From Rhizophagus irregularis (Eukaryota): a DNA stretch of 64,000 bases. The notes below the pieces were generated by a model. The model saw only the letters and a program-made list of their open reading frames with translations, was not told the origin of the DNA and did no database searches. Numbering within the stretch: the stretch's first letter is position 1; each line of letters opens with the position of its first letter. Where the stretch lies: NCBI RefSeq assembly GCF_026210795.1, contig NC_089433.1, positions 2,542,001 through 2,606,000 on the forward strand. Direction: 5' to 3'. Position numbers and translations under genes: made by a program. This document shows positions 39,676 through 53,673 of the stretch, piece by piece.

Positions 39676-39700
39676 TACAGTGTAAACAAGTTTAAATTGA

Positions 39701-39733
<33 letters not shown>

Positions 39734-40599
39734 TTTGCTGCAAAATCATAAAATTATTATTATTTAAAATAATAAAATATAAAGATTTGCTGCAAAATCA
39801 TAAAAATATTATTATTTTAAAAAAAAACTCTCACAGGACAAATCATATTGAATCATTATTTGCTATATTTTTCCCCTCAATTAGTTTAAAGAAAATCAAT
39901 CACAATTGGTTAAAAACGAATTATATAAATATAAATAGGATTTTTTTTTTTTAACTATTTACAAAGAGAGATGAAAAAAAAATTCATATCATTTTTCTGT
40001 CCGAAAAAGAAAAATTAAATACTTGCGAAAATTCGAAAGGACGGCTTTTTTTTTAAACATTAAAAAATAAATTTCGATGTAAATAACGAATAATATAAAA
40101 TTATTATATTTCCAAAAAGGAAAAACAAGAAAAAAAAACTTTCTTTTTCGATCAAGAGAATTTAAATGCTATATATATAGTGAGAGTTTTTTTTAACATA
40201 GATAATTGAGAGTATATATTATATTTATACAAATAATATTGAACTTTAAATATAATTAGTTACGAAAAATATGTATACGAAAATGGAAAAAGGTTTTTAT
40301 AAAAATGTACATTATTATTATTTTTTTTAAAAAAAAATAGCTATAGGGAAAATTTTGACTTGTATTTTTTCATTATGGTATTTTACTTTTTTTTTTTAAA
40401 AAAAAAAAAAAAAAATCGTCATAAAAAAATCATAGAAAATTTAAATTATAATGTGGGAGAGGGAAAAAAGAAAAAAAAAGAAGCGATATAAAAGAAATTT
40501 AGATAATCGTGATGCAAAAAATACCTTATTACATTTTCTTAACTAAAATAAGGAAATTATTCACATAATTTTTTATAATCGTCCAACATAATGTTTTTC

Positions 40600-42353
40600 T
40601 TAAGAGGAATCATCACTACTTTCATCACTATGATTATCACCCAAAATCAATCTCAAATTTAACGGATGATGTTGAGTATAATTAGGAGGCGAAGGTTCTA
40701 TTGGTGATGGGGATGATGAAAAATAATTTTCTTGTGGCTGTTGTGATGACCATTGAGATTGTTCTGGTAAAGGAAGTGTTGGACAACATTCGCGTGATGT
40801 TTGAGAAGATTCATTACACGAATATTGTGAAATGGATTTTTTTGGAATTATCCACATCCGCTTGCCTTCTTTATGATTGATATAACATGGAGATAATTGT
40901 GTCTGATCTTTTTCTATATTATCAACAGGAAATTCTTCAACAGTTTCACAAAAACAAAGATCTCCTTCTTTAGTTTCACAGAAAACAGGGTTATTAATTA
41001 TGTCCTCAACGGACTCAACAGATTTTGTTGGTGAGCTTGGTTTCTGTTGATAACGTTGTTCATTGAATGAAAATGACGAAATGGCGGACAATCGATTACC
41101 TGGCGACACATACGATTTTTGTTTAAAGAAAAAATTAAAATGGAATATTATTGTCGTATTCACTCACTCACCGCGGTGTTTTGAAATTCAAATTTTAAAT
41201 CATGTGCGGAATACGCACATGATTTGAGATTTTTATATGCGCAACTTTTAAATTATGTGTAAGTCGCATTTTTTTATGATACAAAATTTTTGTGTGCCTT
41301 TTTTACGCACACAAAAATTTTTTTATGAAAGAGTACATAAAAAAATTTTTCATGCACGGTTTTAAAAAATTTGTGTACGCGCGCTTTTCGCACATTGAAT
41401 TTCAAACATTTAAGTGAGCGAGTGAATCTATTGTAGTTCAAACTCTACTATAAAACTTGAGACCCTAGCTAAGTTGCTAAGTTGCTAAGTTTAGGATATT
41501 TGAAATCCCAAACCTAATTTCGGATATGTTATTATTCTAGCCTTGATTTGAATTGGGCTCTCAATCAAACACGACAAGTAGAGCAGCTCTACAACGTTCT
41601 ATATAAAGATAAATTTAAAAATTACATACCATCATATGTGCCATTACTTATGGAAGTGTCACCAGGAGCGTCGCTTTCTTGGTATACGGATGTGTTGCAT
41701 AATTTATCATTTTGATTTCCTTGAGTTTGCGCATTTGCAAGTCTTCTTTCAAGTAAGTTCAGCCGGTCTCGTAAAAGTTTAATATCATTTTGAGCTTCGT
41801 TATATAATATCTCATAAGTGGTGGCCTTATTTTCCAAAGTACGAACATAATCTTCGCGTCTTCTGCGAAAAGCTCTTTGATTCGTCAAGTTTTGGATATG
41901 TTTTTTCTATAATTTCAAAAAAAAAAAAAAACCGCACGTTTCACGTTGTAATAATAAATAAGTATAACATGTTTAAAGCAATTATTTTGTTGATAAATTA
42001 AAGTAAAAAAAAAATTATAAATTTGACGAAAAATTACTTACAGTTTCGGGCATTTTTGATAATGGTTTACGTCCTCTCTTGTTTTGTTTGCTCATTGAGG
42101 ACATGGGTTCTGTGAAACGTGACAAAAATTCAAATAAAAATATAACTTAAGATGTTTTATGTGATGAAAACAACTTACGACATGTCGTAGGTAGGTTTAT
42201 TGGTAATTGAGTTTGTTGTGTCCAATTATTGGGAATCAACATGTCCGAAAATTTAGTGTTTGGCGTAAGCAAAGAAGTTGGTGAAAGCCTCGGTATTGGA
42301 AGCTTGAGAGATTGAGAAGGTGTCGATTGTTGTCCAGATACATCCATATTCAT
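40600..42353 (-). CDS. bZIP transcription factor (Yap/AP-1-like), 4 exons: 42353-42179, 42109-42042, 41906-41630, 41099-40600
   Basis: Canonical GT-AG junctions give a continuous frame: KRGRKPLSKMPET|KKHIQNLTNQRAFRRRREDYVRTLE followed by a leucine-zipper coiled coil. Confidence 0.88.
41158..41428. mobile_element. MITE in bZIP intron 3
   Basis: TIR ATTCACTCACTCAC..TTTGAAATTCAA / TTGAATTTCAAA..GTGAGCGAGTGAAT. Flanking near-duplication TATTGTCGT/TATTGTAGT. Confidence 0.75.
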
Positions 42354-45300
42354 CGGTTGTTAATGGTTAAAAGAAAGGTCTTTAAAGGAGAAAGAAAAAA
42401 AGTGGATATCATGCGCCTCAATTTCCATAAAATTTCGCATTAAAAAGTAATAATAAATATGCTTCATAAATATCAATGATTGGTTGAAACCATATATTTT
42501 ATTTTTTGTTAAGAAAAAAAAAAATTTTTCTTAAAAACGAATTAAATATGCACGTGTGTGTTTAGTAAAATTAACTTGCTAAACAAAAGAAGATCATATC
42601 CTTTTTTTTTTAGAGCTCATTACTTTTGCAAGATCATCATTTTTCAATATGTAACAAAGAAAGTATAGTCCCCCGGAAAATTGATTATCTTTATGAACGT
42701 GGACGAACGATTCGTTCAGAAAACTTGGTATATATGCAGGCCGCTTTATTAAGCATATCTGTTTTTTCCTTATTATACTTAGGTTTTGTGGACGCTATAA
42801 TAAGATTTTTTCACACAATGCGCCAAATAGAATGAATGTCATATTGTGTGAATATTATTCATAACAATAAAATCTAGAACAAAGTAAAAGGAATTATGAC
42901 GTTTTAGGTACTTAGTGAATGAGTATGAAACCGAATTTAAGTTACTCCACGAAATTATTTTTTTACGCCATTATCCCGATTCAAATATTTATATATTTAC
43001 TTTTGTGAAACCAACTGTCAAAATTATAACCCATTGTTGGTCAATTATTAATTTTTAACCAAAAGTATGAAATTTATTATTGTTACATGTTGATCCAAAA
43101 CTAATATAGACATAATTGGTATTTTTAATTTGAAATTTTTTCCTTTTTTATATATATTATAAAAAAAATATAAGATTATCATCAAATAAAAGATTATAAC
43201 AAATCAAATTTATGGGATATTCCACGTTTAGATTTTACTCCACAAAAATATTTTTTTTTACATAAAATTAAAACATACGACACATGTTTATTATTTATAT
43301 TAGTTATTATTTGTATTTAACAAGTTACAGTACCTGTTTCTCCCCCATGATTAAATATTACCACAAATGTACTGTTAATACAAATGTTTAATTTTAAGAA
43401 AACTTGGTAAACTTTGATAAATAAATTAGATAATATACAATTTCACATGTATAAAAAAATAAAGTTAATGAACACAAAATAATCTGATCCATCCGAGCGC
43501 AAAAAAAAAATATTTTAACCTTCGAATTAGTTCTTTATTAGCATATTTGTGAGACCATTTTCTTTCGATTTATTCCAAAATAATATGCAAGTAAGCACTT
43601 TCAAAGTAATAATGATTTGTCTTGTTTTTTAACCGTATCAGATCTACTATTATAGTAACCTGCATAAGTCTATGTAAGGTTATAAAGCATAAGTTTGTGT
43701 AGATTCACTTCCAAAAAAATTAATTATCCTTGACTTGTATCACTTTACTTTCGACTTGTATAGTATGTAATACAATCTATGCTTTTTTTTTTTATGTATT
43801 AAAAGTATGCAAAGAATAGTATTATTGATATGTCGCTATATATAATAATTTTTCTTCAACCCGTTGCAATGGAATATCATTTGCGGATAACAAAAAAAAG
43901 TATTACGAAATATATATTCTTAATAATAATATAAATAGGTATTTTGCTAAATACTGTAGTATTAGATGTGATAGGAAAATATCCATATTTTTCTCATATT
44001 TAAAAGATTCAATTTAGTAATATTTATTTGAAAATTTGTTAAAATGTTAACATAGTAGTCAATAAACCGTTATAAGCATAAAGCTAATTATTATTAAAAC
44101 TGAAATTAAAATTTTGATATAAGGCTAAATTTTATAGACTTATTATATGAATTGACTTTTTAAAGCATAAAAATGATAATAAAATAAAATGTCTTAATTT
44201 TGAATTACTATTTGTTTTATTGATTATATTATAATATATAGCAGAAAAAAATGTAATTAAATATGGTAATTTATGATCTTATCATATTTATTATCATTAT
44301 TATTATCTTAATATCCTTAAAAATGGTTTAAAAAAAAAAAAAATTTGAGATACTGTATATAGAAGTATTAAATACTATAATTATATATATATTTAAAGTA
44401 AATAATTTATTATTTGTTTTTGAAATATTTTATTAATAATGATTTATTTAATTTATATCTACTTTAACTTTAATCTGAAATATTAAATAAGTAAAATTTT
44501 ATGATTTTTTTAGATTCTTTTTATATAATGAATTATTATTATTAATACTTAATTTCATTTTTATTAATATTTACATTTATTTTTTAGTTAGATTTGCTTA
44601 ATTTACAAATAAATTTTAAAATAATGCTTTTTATCAAAATATTATCATATTAACATCTCATTTAATAATATTATTATATTATTACTGCTGTAATTTTCAC
44701 CTTATTAAACTAATTAAAGTAAAATTTTGTGTAAAATTAAAAATATCATGAAATTCTACCTATTAATATTTGCTAATGCTAATGCAATAAAAATCATTTG
44801 TAGTAAGATTTAGTAATGCCTATATTTCTTTTTCTTTTTTTTTAAAAAATTTGAATATGATAAATTTAATAATAAATATTATAAAATTCAGTAATTCCAA
44901 ATTTAAATTAATTGATATTTATATTGTAGTACTCTTTATAAAAATAATATTTAACTTTCTTATTTCTGAATAATTTAAAAATTTTATATATATTAGTATA
45001 TTATATTTTCTTTATGAATTTTGCTAATTTGCCCCTGAATTAAATAATCTGGGTTAAATTACCCTCCTAAAATTTATATTTTACATCAATATTTTTTTTT
45101 AAAAAAAAAAATTATTTGTATTATTGTTATTATTCAATATTATAGCTAATTTTCTTATATTTTTGATAATATCTTTCATTTTTTATTGTAATTATAATTT
45201 ACATTTTTTTTTTTAAAAAAAAAATTTGGGCAAAATTATATAAATTTACTAGTAAGTTAAATTACCCAGATTAAATCACCTTATATATATATATATATAT

Positions 45301-45729
45301 ATAATCTTATACTTTTTTTATTTATTTTATAAAAATAAATTAATTTTAAAAATAATTTAAAATTATTTAAAAATATTTTTTTATTAATATATTATTAAAT
45401 ATTTCTTAAAATACATCACAAATTATATGATTTTATTAATTTTGTTTAATCACGTGGTATTAGTTATACTACGCAAAAATTATTTACGTTATGATTTGTT
45501 TATTACTACTACGCAAATCGCCATATACTTTACTTAATAAAATACTGCAAAACTTTGTCATACTTTCCAAAATAAAAACCCTTTTAAATTGTATACTAAA
45601 ATATTACAAAAAATATCAAACAGATTAATATTCAATATCAATAAACTAGCTTTCTGTTTATTTTTAGTTATATTTTTTTTGCTTTTTATTGACTAATACT
45701 TTTGTTTTTCTTTTCTTTTTTTATTTTAG

Positions 45730-47280
45730 TTTTCGTTTCAATATTTGTATGACTTCGATAATAAATTTAAAAATAATAATTAACCTTCTTTAATAAAAGA
45801 TGTTAGTATATATAGATACTTATTTAGAAAAACTGGAAGACTGTCAAAAAATTAATGATAATACAAACATTAATATTAATACTTCTCCGCAAGTAAGTAT
45901 TATTTCTCTTTAAATATATAATTAACTTTTTTTTGCTTTTTATTAACTAATTTTTTTTTTTATTTGTTAGCCTTCTGTTCAACTTTCATACAGCTTTATT
46001 CTTAATAGCAAATTTAGAAATGATCACTAGCATAATGTTGTTATCACTGGTGAATGTAATATAACTGAATTGCTTAATACTAATTCAAAAGAAGCGAAAG
46101 ATCTGAAATTAAAGATTGGATTTACCTTTTCAAATTGAACAGAATTTAAAATATAGATTAAAAATTTTGCTAAAACAAAGGAATTTAACTATAAAATTAA
46201 GACTAGTCAGACAGATGGAAAAGTAATACATCATATTACTTATAAATATTCAAGATCAGGCATCCATAATTTGCAAGTAACTTTTGACTCAACTAAAAGA
46301 TGAAATACAACTTTACAGCATATACAATGCCTGTAGAAAATAACATTGCTTGTTCTAAGTCAAGTAATGTTATTAGAATAACTTATTTGATGACAACTAT
46401 AATCATGTTTTACCTCAAATATACAACTGAAGAAATGGCTTCACAATTTTAAAAATTAACTTCAGAAATGTTATGTGACATAAAATATGTCATTCAAGGA
46501 CAAATGGATTCTGTATTTATTTATCCAATACTTATGCATAATTATCCTAACTAAATAATTGTTAAAAAAGATTTATATAATACAGTATATATACCAATTT
46601 TATCCAAATGATTCAGATACATTTCAAATGCTTCAAATGTTATTAAATTGGAAAGATTCAGATCCATTGTGGATCGTTAAATCATGTCTTAAAAAATTAA
46701 GCTATTTACACAGGTCAAAATGCTAAAAATTGGCAAAAAAAATGGCGTGAAAAGCAGTGGTTATTTTTGGCTATTTTTGGCTGTTTTTGGCTATTTGTGA
46801 ATTAACCTATACTATTTGTAAATAGTTTATACAAATTTACGAATAGTTTATGCAATTTGTGCTATTTTTTTGCCTGTTTTTGGTCATTTGACATGTGTTA
46901 TTGTAGATATCCTTACTGCAATAAGATTTATATGAAAGATTTTATGATGCTATAATTCTGGACTATCAAAACTGATATGTACTAGGAGCTATCTGATATA
47001 TTTAAAACATTTCTTCATAAAATACAGACTAAAATCAATAAAAATGAAAATTATATTACTTATGTCAAAAATTCAAATATCATCAAACATAAAGACATCT
47101 ACCAAAAAGGTTGCAATCAAATGTTGAAAAATCCTTCTCTAAAAATAAACATGTATTAAGAAATAACTTACGATCAATATTTATAATGATGAAAATGCAA
47201 AAAATATAAAGGGTAGTAAAAGGCGTAGGTATAAAAAATACAAACAGTACAAAAATTATATTACAATTTACCAGGTTTCA
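45730..47280 (+). pseudogene. MULE/FAR1-like transposase remnant, internally deleted
   Basis: LKIGFTFSN*TEFK..KNFAKTKEFNYKIKTS (FAR1-like), and SDTFQMLQMLLNWKDSDPLWIV..LSYLL*IS. Many stops. Confidence 0.7.
46709..46897. mobile_element. CACTA-type MITE
   Basis: CACAGGTCAAAATG ... CATTTGACATGTG with exact 3-bp TSD TTA. Confidence 0.85.
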
Positions 47281-47991
47281 GTGTCTTAAAGTATGTTATT
47301 TATTAAGTTTGTTAGTTTGTATTTGTTGTAATAATGTTTATTGATTTTGTTATTTTTACTATTTTTGTTAGAACTGTTAGAATCGTTAGGTTGTTAGGTT
47401 GTTAGAAGCATTATTAGGATAGATTATTAGAATCATTATAGTATTATTAGATTCGTTTAATAGAATTTGACTTCAAATAAAATAGAACCTTATTCTACTG
47501 CTATTTTAACTACATTAAGTATTCTAAAGTTAAACTTATAAAAGTATTCATTAGAGTTCGTCAAAGTTTGTTAAATTTTAAAGTATTTTAAGTATTTTAA
47601 AGTTCTTTAGATTTTATCAGAGTTATAATTTTTTTTGATGATTTATTAATTTATTTATGTCAGGTTTAGATCACGTTTTTTTGTATTATCATATAATTTA
47701 CATTAATCACGTGATTCGTGCACTACTATAATATGTACAAATAGAAATAGTCTATATTATTATATTTATTATAAAAGTATTGTTAAATATCACTAGTGGT
47801 AATAGTCATTAATAATAAAATTATAATATAATCTTAACCAGTATTTTATAGATTTTTAATTTTAGTTAAAAATATATCATAATACTGATACAGTAACCAT
47901 TACTACCAGCAGTAAACTTTAGCAATTTACTTTTTTTTTTTTATTGCAGCATATTTAAAACTTTATTAAAATAATAATTTATTGTATATCA

Positions 47992-48520
47992 TAAAGCTGC
48001 TACCTAAAATTAAGGAATTTTAATATTTGCTGAAACTGAAATGGTAAAATTAATTTAGGAAATACTTAATTTTGAAATGCTGAAACTATTCTGAAATTCT
48101 GATTGGCTGTTATAATATTACATGATCAAAATTAAAATTTTTACCAAAATTATAACTGTATTTTAATTCCATAATTCTGGCTCTATAGCGATCTTCCTGA
48201 CATATATAGTTTTATTTAAGTCTATGTTCATTTTGTGTAATGTATATACTATATAAGGAAATTATGTGTGATACATCTTTATGCATTAATATTATACAAA
48301 GTGAACATAGGCAGGCTTAAAATGAAACTACATATATTAGAAAGATCACTACAGAGCCAGTATTATGGAATTAAAATAAATTTATAAAGTTATATAATTT
48401 TATAATAAATTAATTGAAAGTTTCAGACAATTTTGGGAGTTTTAGAAAAATTAGGATTTCAGAAGAATTTCAGAATTTCAGAATTAGTTTCAAAAACAAA
48501 ATTTTCAGGCAGTAATTTTA
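47992..48520. mobile_element. hAT-type MITE, degenerate, with nested TTAA element
   Basis: TAAAGCTGCTACCT ... AGGCAGTAATTTTA with exact 8-bp TSD GTATATCA. Confidence 0.8.
48167..48370. mobile_element. TTAA-specific (piggyBac-like) MITE
   Basis: ~45-bp TIR TTCCATAATTCTGGCTCT.. / ..AGAGCCAGTATTATGGAA flanked by TTAA. Confidence 0.82.
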
Positions 48521-48874
48521 GTATATCATACATAAATAAATTTAAAATTTTAACATTAGTAAGTTTTAAATTATTTGTTATTCTAAAAAGAATCCACATG
48601 TATACTGTCAAACAAAATTCAGACTATGAAAATAATTTCTGTAATTATATTAGAATTTACTATATACCCACAAAAAGAATTTAATATAATATAAAATGTA
48701 AATTTCTAAAACAGTTTCTTGAAGTTTAAACGTTCTCAACCTACTACAACATTTCCTGTTTATTAATTCACCCTTTTTCATTAGTTTTATATAAATACCA
48801 TATGGAAATTTTTCTTTAAAATATTTTTCAGTTTGAAAATGCAAACTGTAAAAAGCTTCATACTATCAGTCATA

Positions 48875-49034
48875 TGGGCGCTTTGCAGTAAAAAGAGATG
48901 AAACTACTAAAAAAAAATAAAAAATAAGTTAATATAAAGTCTAAACAAATTATAGCATTTAGAATATTTTTGGCATATAAAAGAAAATTTGAATTTTTTC
49001 AGTAGTTTTATCCTTTTTTACTGCAAAGTATCTA
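48875..49034. mobile_element. TA-flanked MITE
   Basis: Inverted repeats CTTTGCAGTAAAAAGAGATGAAACTACT / AGTAGTTTTATCCTTTTTTACTGCAAAG. Confidence 0.75.
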
Positions 49035-49667
49035 TAATATATATGTAAATATAACTGTAAATGATGATTGTTCATAATTAGTTGTATAAATATTTACTAT
49101 TTTTACTTCTTTTTAGTTTATAGTTATATTACTTAGCAAATCAAACCATATAGACATTTCATCTATATTGCCTATATATTTTAGTTTATATTTATTGTGA
49201 ATTCTTAGATATATAATATTACTTAAAAAATATTTTGCTTTTTAATTAAATCTAATGGTAGTTGTTATACTACTGTTATTCTTTAATGCTTACTAAAGTC
49301 ATATCTTTCTAGAAATCCATTAAGTTATTTATTGGAAAATTTGAACACAGCAATACCCAGATTATTTGCTAATAATTCTGAACTTTTAGATAAAAAAATG
49401 GCTTTATTGATAATTAATTTTCAGGTAATGGCATTATTTCTACAGTACGGTACCTCTATAATAGGTATCCCTTATATCTTATAATCTAATGGTCAGAATT
49501 TTATAAAATTTTAAAATTAGATAGCTTTTAAAAAGATAAATACATTAAGCAAATAAAAAAATTTTCTTGATTTTTTTTGCTGACATAATACAAAATCACA
49601 TGACTTAAAATAAATTTGATTCTTTATAGAAACTTAACATTTTTAATCAATATAAAATCGATATTGT

Positions 49668-49979
49668 TAAGTTTATCTTAACAGTATCATTTTGATATCA
49701 TTGCAATATTGATTTAATATCGATATGATATCAAAATAAAGTATTATCATTTTGATATCATTTTGATATTAAAATGATATTGAAATGATAATTAAAATGA
49801 TATCAAAATGACATCTTTAAATTAAACTTAAAGATGTTGTTTTGATATCATTTCTATTATCATTTTAATATCATTTTAATATTGATTTAATATTGAAATG
49901 ATATCAAAATGATAATACTTTATTTCGATATTATATCAATATTAAATTGATATCAAAATGATATCACTTGAAAACTTAA
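49668..49979. repeat. Foldback/MITE-like element built of GATATCATTTT repeats
   Basis: Many TGATATCA palindromes and inverted ends. TSD unresolved. Confidence 0.65.
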
Positions 49980-51003
49980 AATTTCTGTAAAGTTGGCTAA
50001 TGCAATACTTAATGTTAATTAGAATTATACATAATTTTTTATATACAATTTATTATTTATTATAATTATTTAAAAGTGATTTGATTAAGTATATCTATAT
50101 CATTAGGAACTTTTCTATAGAATTTATATTTTTTTAGCAAGTTTTTCTGTAATTCCTTTTTGAGAAATAGGCATAATATAATTTGTAATAAATAAATACT
50201 ACCAAAATTTTTTTAATTTTTTTCAAAATTTTTTTAACAAAGCATAGATAAGTTTATAAGCTAAAATGGTTTATTTTAATAAGCACTATCAAACGATTAT
50301 TTTTTTTTATATTACACAAAAATCACTTATTTTCAAATTTTTCCTATCATAATAAATTACCTGAACTTCAAACTTATGTAATACTAGCAAAATTTATTAT
50401 TTTTTAATTTAACCTGATCAGTTTAAAAGCTCTTAATATACTTTATTAAAATTATCAGTTAGAATTTTAAAATATTATTTTTTGCTAATGTGACATCTTT
50501 TTGAAAATGTCACATTACGACTATAAAATTGGCATGCGTTATAGTAGTACGCACTGTATTAACTTTTTTTCACTTATTTATGCAAATAAATTATTTTCTA
50601 ATTTCAAAAATCTGGCAGGTTTACCTGAATGAAGCTTAGCCATATAAGGAATAGTTATTAACAAAGTTTCTTTTTTATTTTTTCAATTATGCAGTTGTTT
50701 GAACTGAATATTAAATCTTTTGGCAATTCCACATATATTTCTATTATTGTTTTCATAATAATATATTATTATTAATTTTTTCTTGCATTTCATTATCTTC
50801 ATTTCTTTTGTGATAAATGATTGCATGTTTTTTTATTTTTCTTGTTACCAATAACTACTATTTTACTTTTAATAGAAAGAAAAAAAAATGCATAAAATAA
50901 AGACATGTAAATTAAATAAAGATATTATATATATAAATAGGTATTTAGATAAGTAATTTTGTATAAAATATCTTAAAAAAGTATCAAAATATGAAAAATA
51001 GTA

Positions 51004-51175
51004 CAGTCAAATCTTAATATAGCGAACTCTTGATATAGTGAATTTTTTAGACAACTATAATAAATTTCCCTTTGCTATAATGAATTAACCAATCAAATCT
51101 CTTAAAATCTTCACTATAGTCTTATAGCGAAGTTAAGGTCTGGACCTTAAAGTTCATTATAACAAGGGTTGACTA
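51004..51175. mobile_element. pogo-type MITE
   Basis: TA|CAGTCAAATCTTAATATAGCGAAC ... GTTCATTATAACAAGGGTTGACTA|TA. Confidence 0.75.
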
Positions 51176-51491
51176 TATACATTTAGAAATTTTTAATAAG
51201 AAATTATATATTATATATAATAAGTACTCTGGGTATTTTAAAAATCCTATACCCCTTCTATGTATAGTATCTACTTATGTAATTTACTTTCAGATACAGG
51301 TCCAAATACTTAAAATTTGCAAGATACTTGGAGTACTGTGATTTACGATATACAGTAATTTACTATATAAAGTGCCAAAATAATAAAATTTTACTTATGA
51401 TTATAGCAGTTCAAAATAATTTAAACAACATGTATAGTTATTTGATAAGAAAGACTATAAATAATCTATTCTTTATAGCAACTTCATATTA

Positions 51492-51973
51492 CAGTCAGGA
51501 CCCCGGATATCTAATATAAAGGTCATAATGGACTTTTGGACCAAAAACACCCCTTAAAAGCTCAAAAATCGTTTTTGTAAATATCTCAGCATCCAGTAAT
51601 TCAATTTTAATGAACTTTTTTTTATTTTGTAGCCCTCATTTAGCTCTACAATTTAAAAAAAGTTCATCAAAATTGGACCACTGGATGCCGAGATATTTAC
51701 AAAAAACGATTTTTTTGAAATTTCGAAAATGGGCCAATCTGCCGAAAGTGTGACTTATGACTCGTTTTGGAGATATCCGGGGTCCTTTACAGTCTAACCT
51801 CGATATACCGATATTCGATATACTGATATACTATTCAAAACTTGTTATACTGATAAAATTTTAATTTCCCACTATATGTGAGGACATATAAATATCAGTA
51901 TAACTTTAATATAATGATATTTTCTAAAAATTCCATATATGTTCTAACATATCGTTATATAAAGGTTTGATTG
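51492..51973. mobile_element. pogo-type MITE whose left TIR is split by another element
   Basis: TA|CAGTC[insert]TAACCTCGATATACCGA ... TCGTTATATAAAGGTTTGATTG|TA. Confidence 0.7.
51497..51786. mobile_element. MITE with 16-bp perfect TIR and 8-bp TSD, superfamily uncertain
   Basis: AGGACCCCGGATATCT / AGATATCCGGGGTCCT with TSD TTACAGTC. Internal ~140-bp palindrome at 51568-51711. Confidence 0.9.
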
Positions 51974-52380
51974 TATTTAGCAAAAGAGTAAAGAAAAACA
52001 TAAGCTGAGCAACTTGCAAGTCATCTTCAATACTAAGATATGAAAGAAGTTTTTATAGAGCTTTTGAATATTTAACAGCTTATTATACTCTGCTTGCAAT
52101 ATAACTGTTTAAAGTGTTTGGGATATTCCCATTTTACTAGATTTCATAAGTGCTTTAAGCATTATCACAGTATATTAAACAAGAGTTTTTCTGTTCTTAG
52201 CTATATTTCTGATATTATTAAATTCACTGAAATAACAAACTTTATTTTATTTATTTTATTTATAATAAAGTATACAATAAATTGAGTTTATGTCATCAGA
52301 TACTTGCGTAATTTTTGTTGTAAAAGTTATTTTTATGCATAAGTTTATAATAATAAAAATTATTTTTTCTGCAAAAAAAA

Positions 52381-52746
52381 TGCTTTACTAAAAATGGCCA
52401 ATTTTTTGAAATGATTTTGTAATAATTTTGAAATACTACAAAAATACATTTAATACATCAAAATGGGTTTATTATATTTTTGTTATTATTTTGTAATTAT
52501 ATTGTATCTAGGTCTATAAAAATAACTCATAATAATATCACAATAATTTTTTAATGTTTTTGTTATTATTTTATTATTATAATATAATTAACTTTGATAT
52601 TATTTTAATATTTTAATCTCAAAAATACCTCAAATATATCTTGATATATTTTAAAAATTTTACAAAATAATTGTACAATTGTTTTGAAAGCCATTGTATC
52701 TAGGTCTATAAAAATATTTCAAAAAATTGGCCATTTTTAGTAAAGT
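52381..52746. mobile_element. MITE with ~30-bp TIR
   Basis: CTTTACTAAAAATGGCCAATTTTTTGAAAT inverted at both ends. TSD not resolved. Confidence 0.75.
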
Positions 52747-53673
52747 GGACATAATGATCTTCAGAAAAAGTTCATCTTTACAATTTTATTTAATAAAATA
52801 TTATTATATATCAGGAAATTAAATTAGTAAGTCAATAACATTAAAGCAAATCTGCATAGGCAATTTTTTCCGGTGTCAACCAAAATCTCAACATCCATTT
52901 TCCCGACAGGACGTTTGCTCACACATTGGGCTCATGATTTTAACATGTGTATGCTTCATATGATGTGGTGTGTATATTAAAGAAATTTTATTTGATTTTT
53001 TGTGTAATTCTGAATGAATAAATTATTATGGTCAAAAAAATAACAGTGAATCAGAAAAGCATTTAAAGTTTTTTATCCAATGACTACGTATGGATCCTCG
53101 TAATACCAAACATATCTTAGAGCATTCTCTTTATTATATAGCCTATAAATTTGCATGTTATCAAGGTTAGTTAAAAAATTGTTATTACTTGATTTCAGGA
53201 ATCGGTTACTTATAACCCCTACTGTATTATTTAAGTTTTTTTTAAAAATATCTTTTTCCATTATTAGATCTTCAAAAATTTAGGAATTCCAAATTGCCTT
53301 CAACATATATGTTATGTAACTTTCTTAAAAAAAAATTATAAGGAATAATGTTAAATTTGCGCAATATAAATAATGTATACTAAGGTTAAAAAAGAAAAGC
53401 GTTCTAAACATCAGTTAATTCAATTTTATGCGCATAAAGATCAATCCCATTAAGTTATACAATCACCTGATTACTGTCATCAAATTATTGTGCCGATCAC
53501 AGAATATTCTGTCGACATTCTCTGAACAAAAAAGATAAGATCATCGCCACCCACTTTTGGTAATTCCGGCGTATAAAAAAACTACTAGCTTTTCTGGGAT
53601 CTTGCCATTCAAATCGACTATAAATATACTATATTTGTCGCTCGTTTTAATGCTAAAAGTCTTCAATAATTTG

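Noticed and set aside
39531..39954. Hydrophobic 72-85 aa ORFs
   Set aside because: Translation of the TAAA microsatellite and poly-T tracts.
43643..43880. Helitron-like TCTACTATTATA start and CCGTTGCAATGG hairpin
   Set aside because: Orientations inconsistent and no CTAG terminus found.
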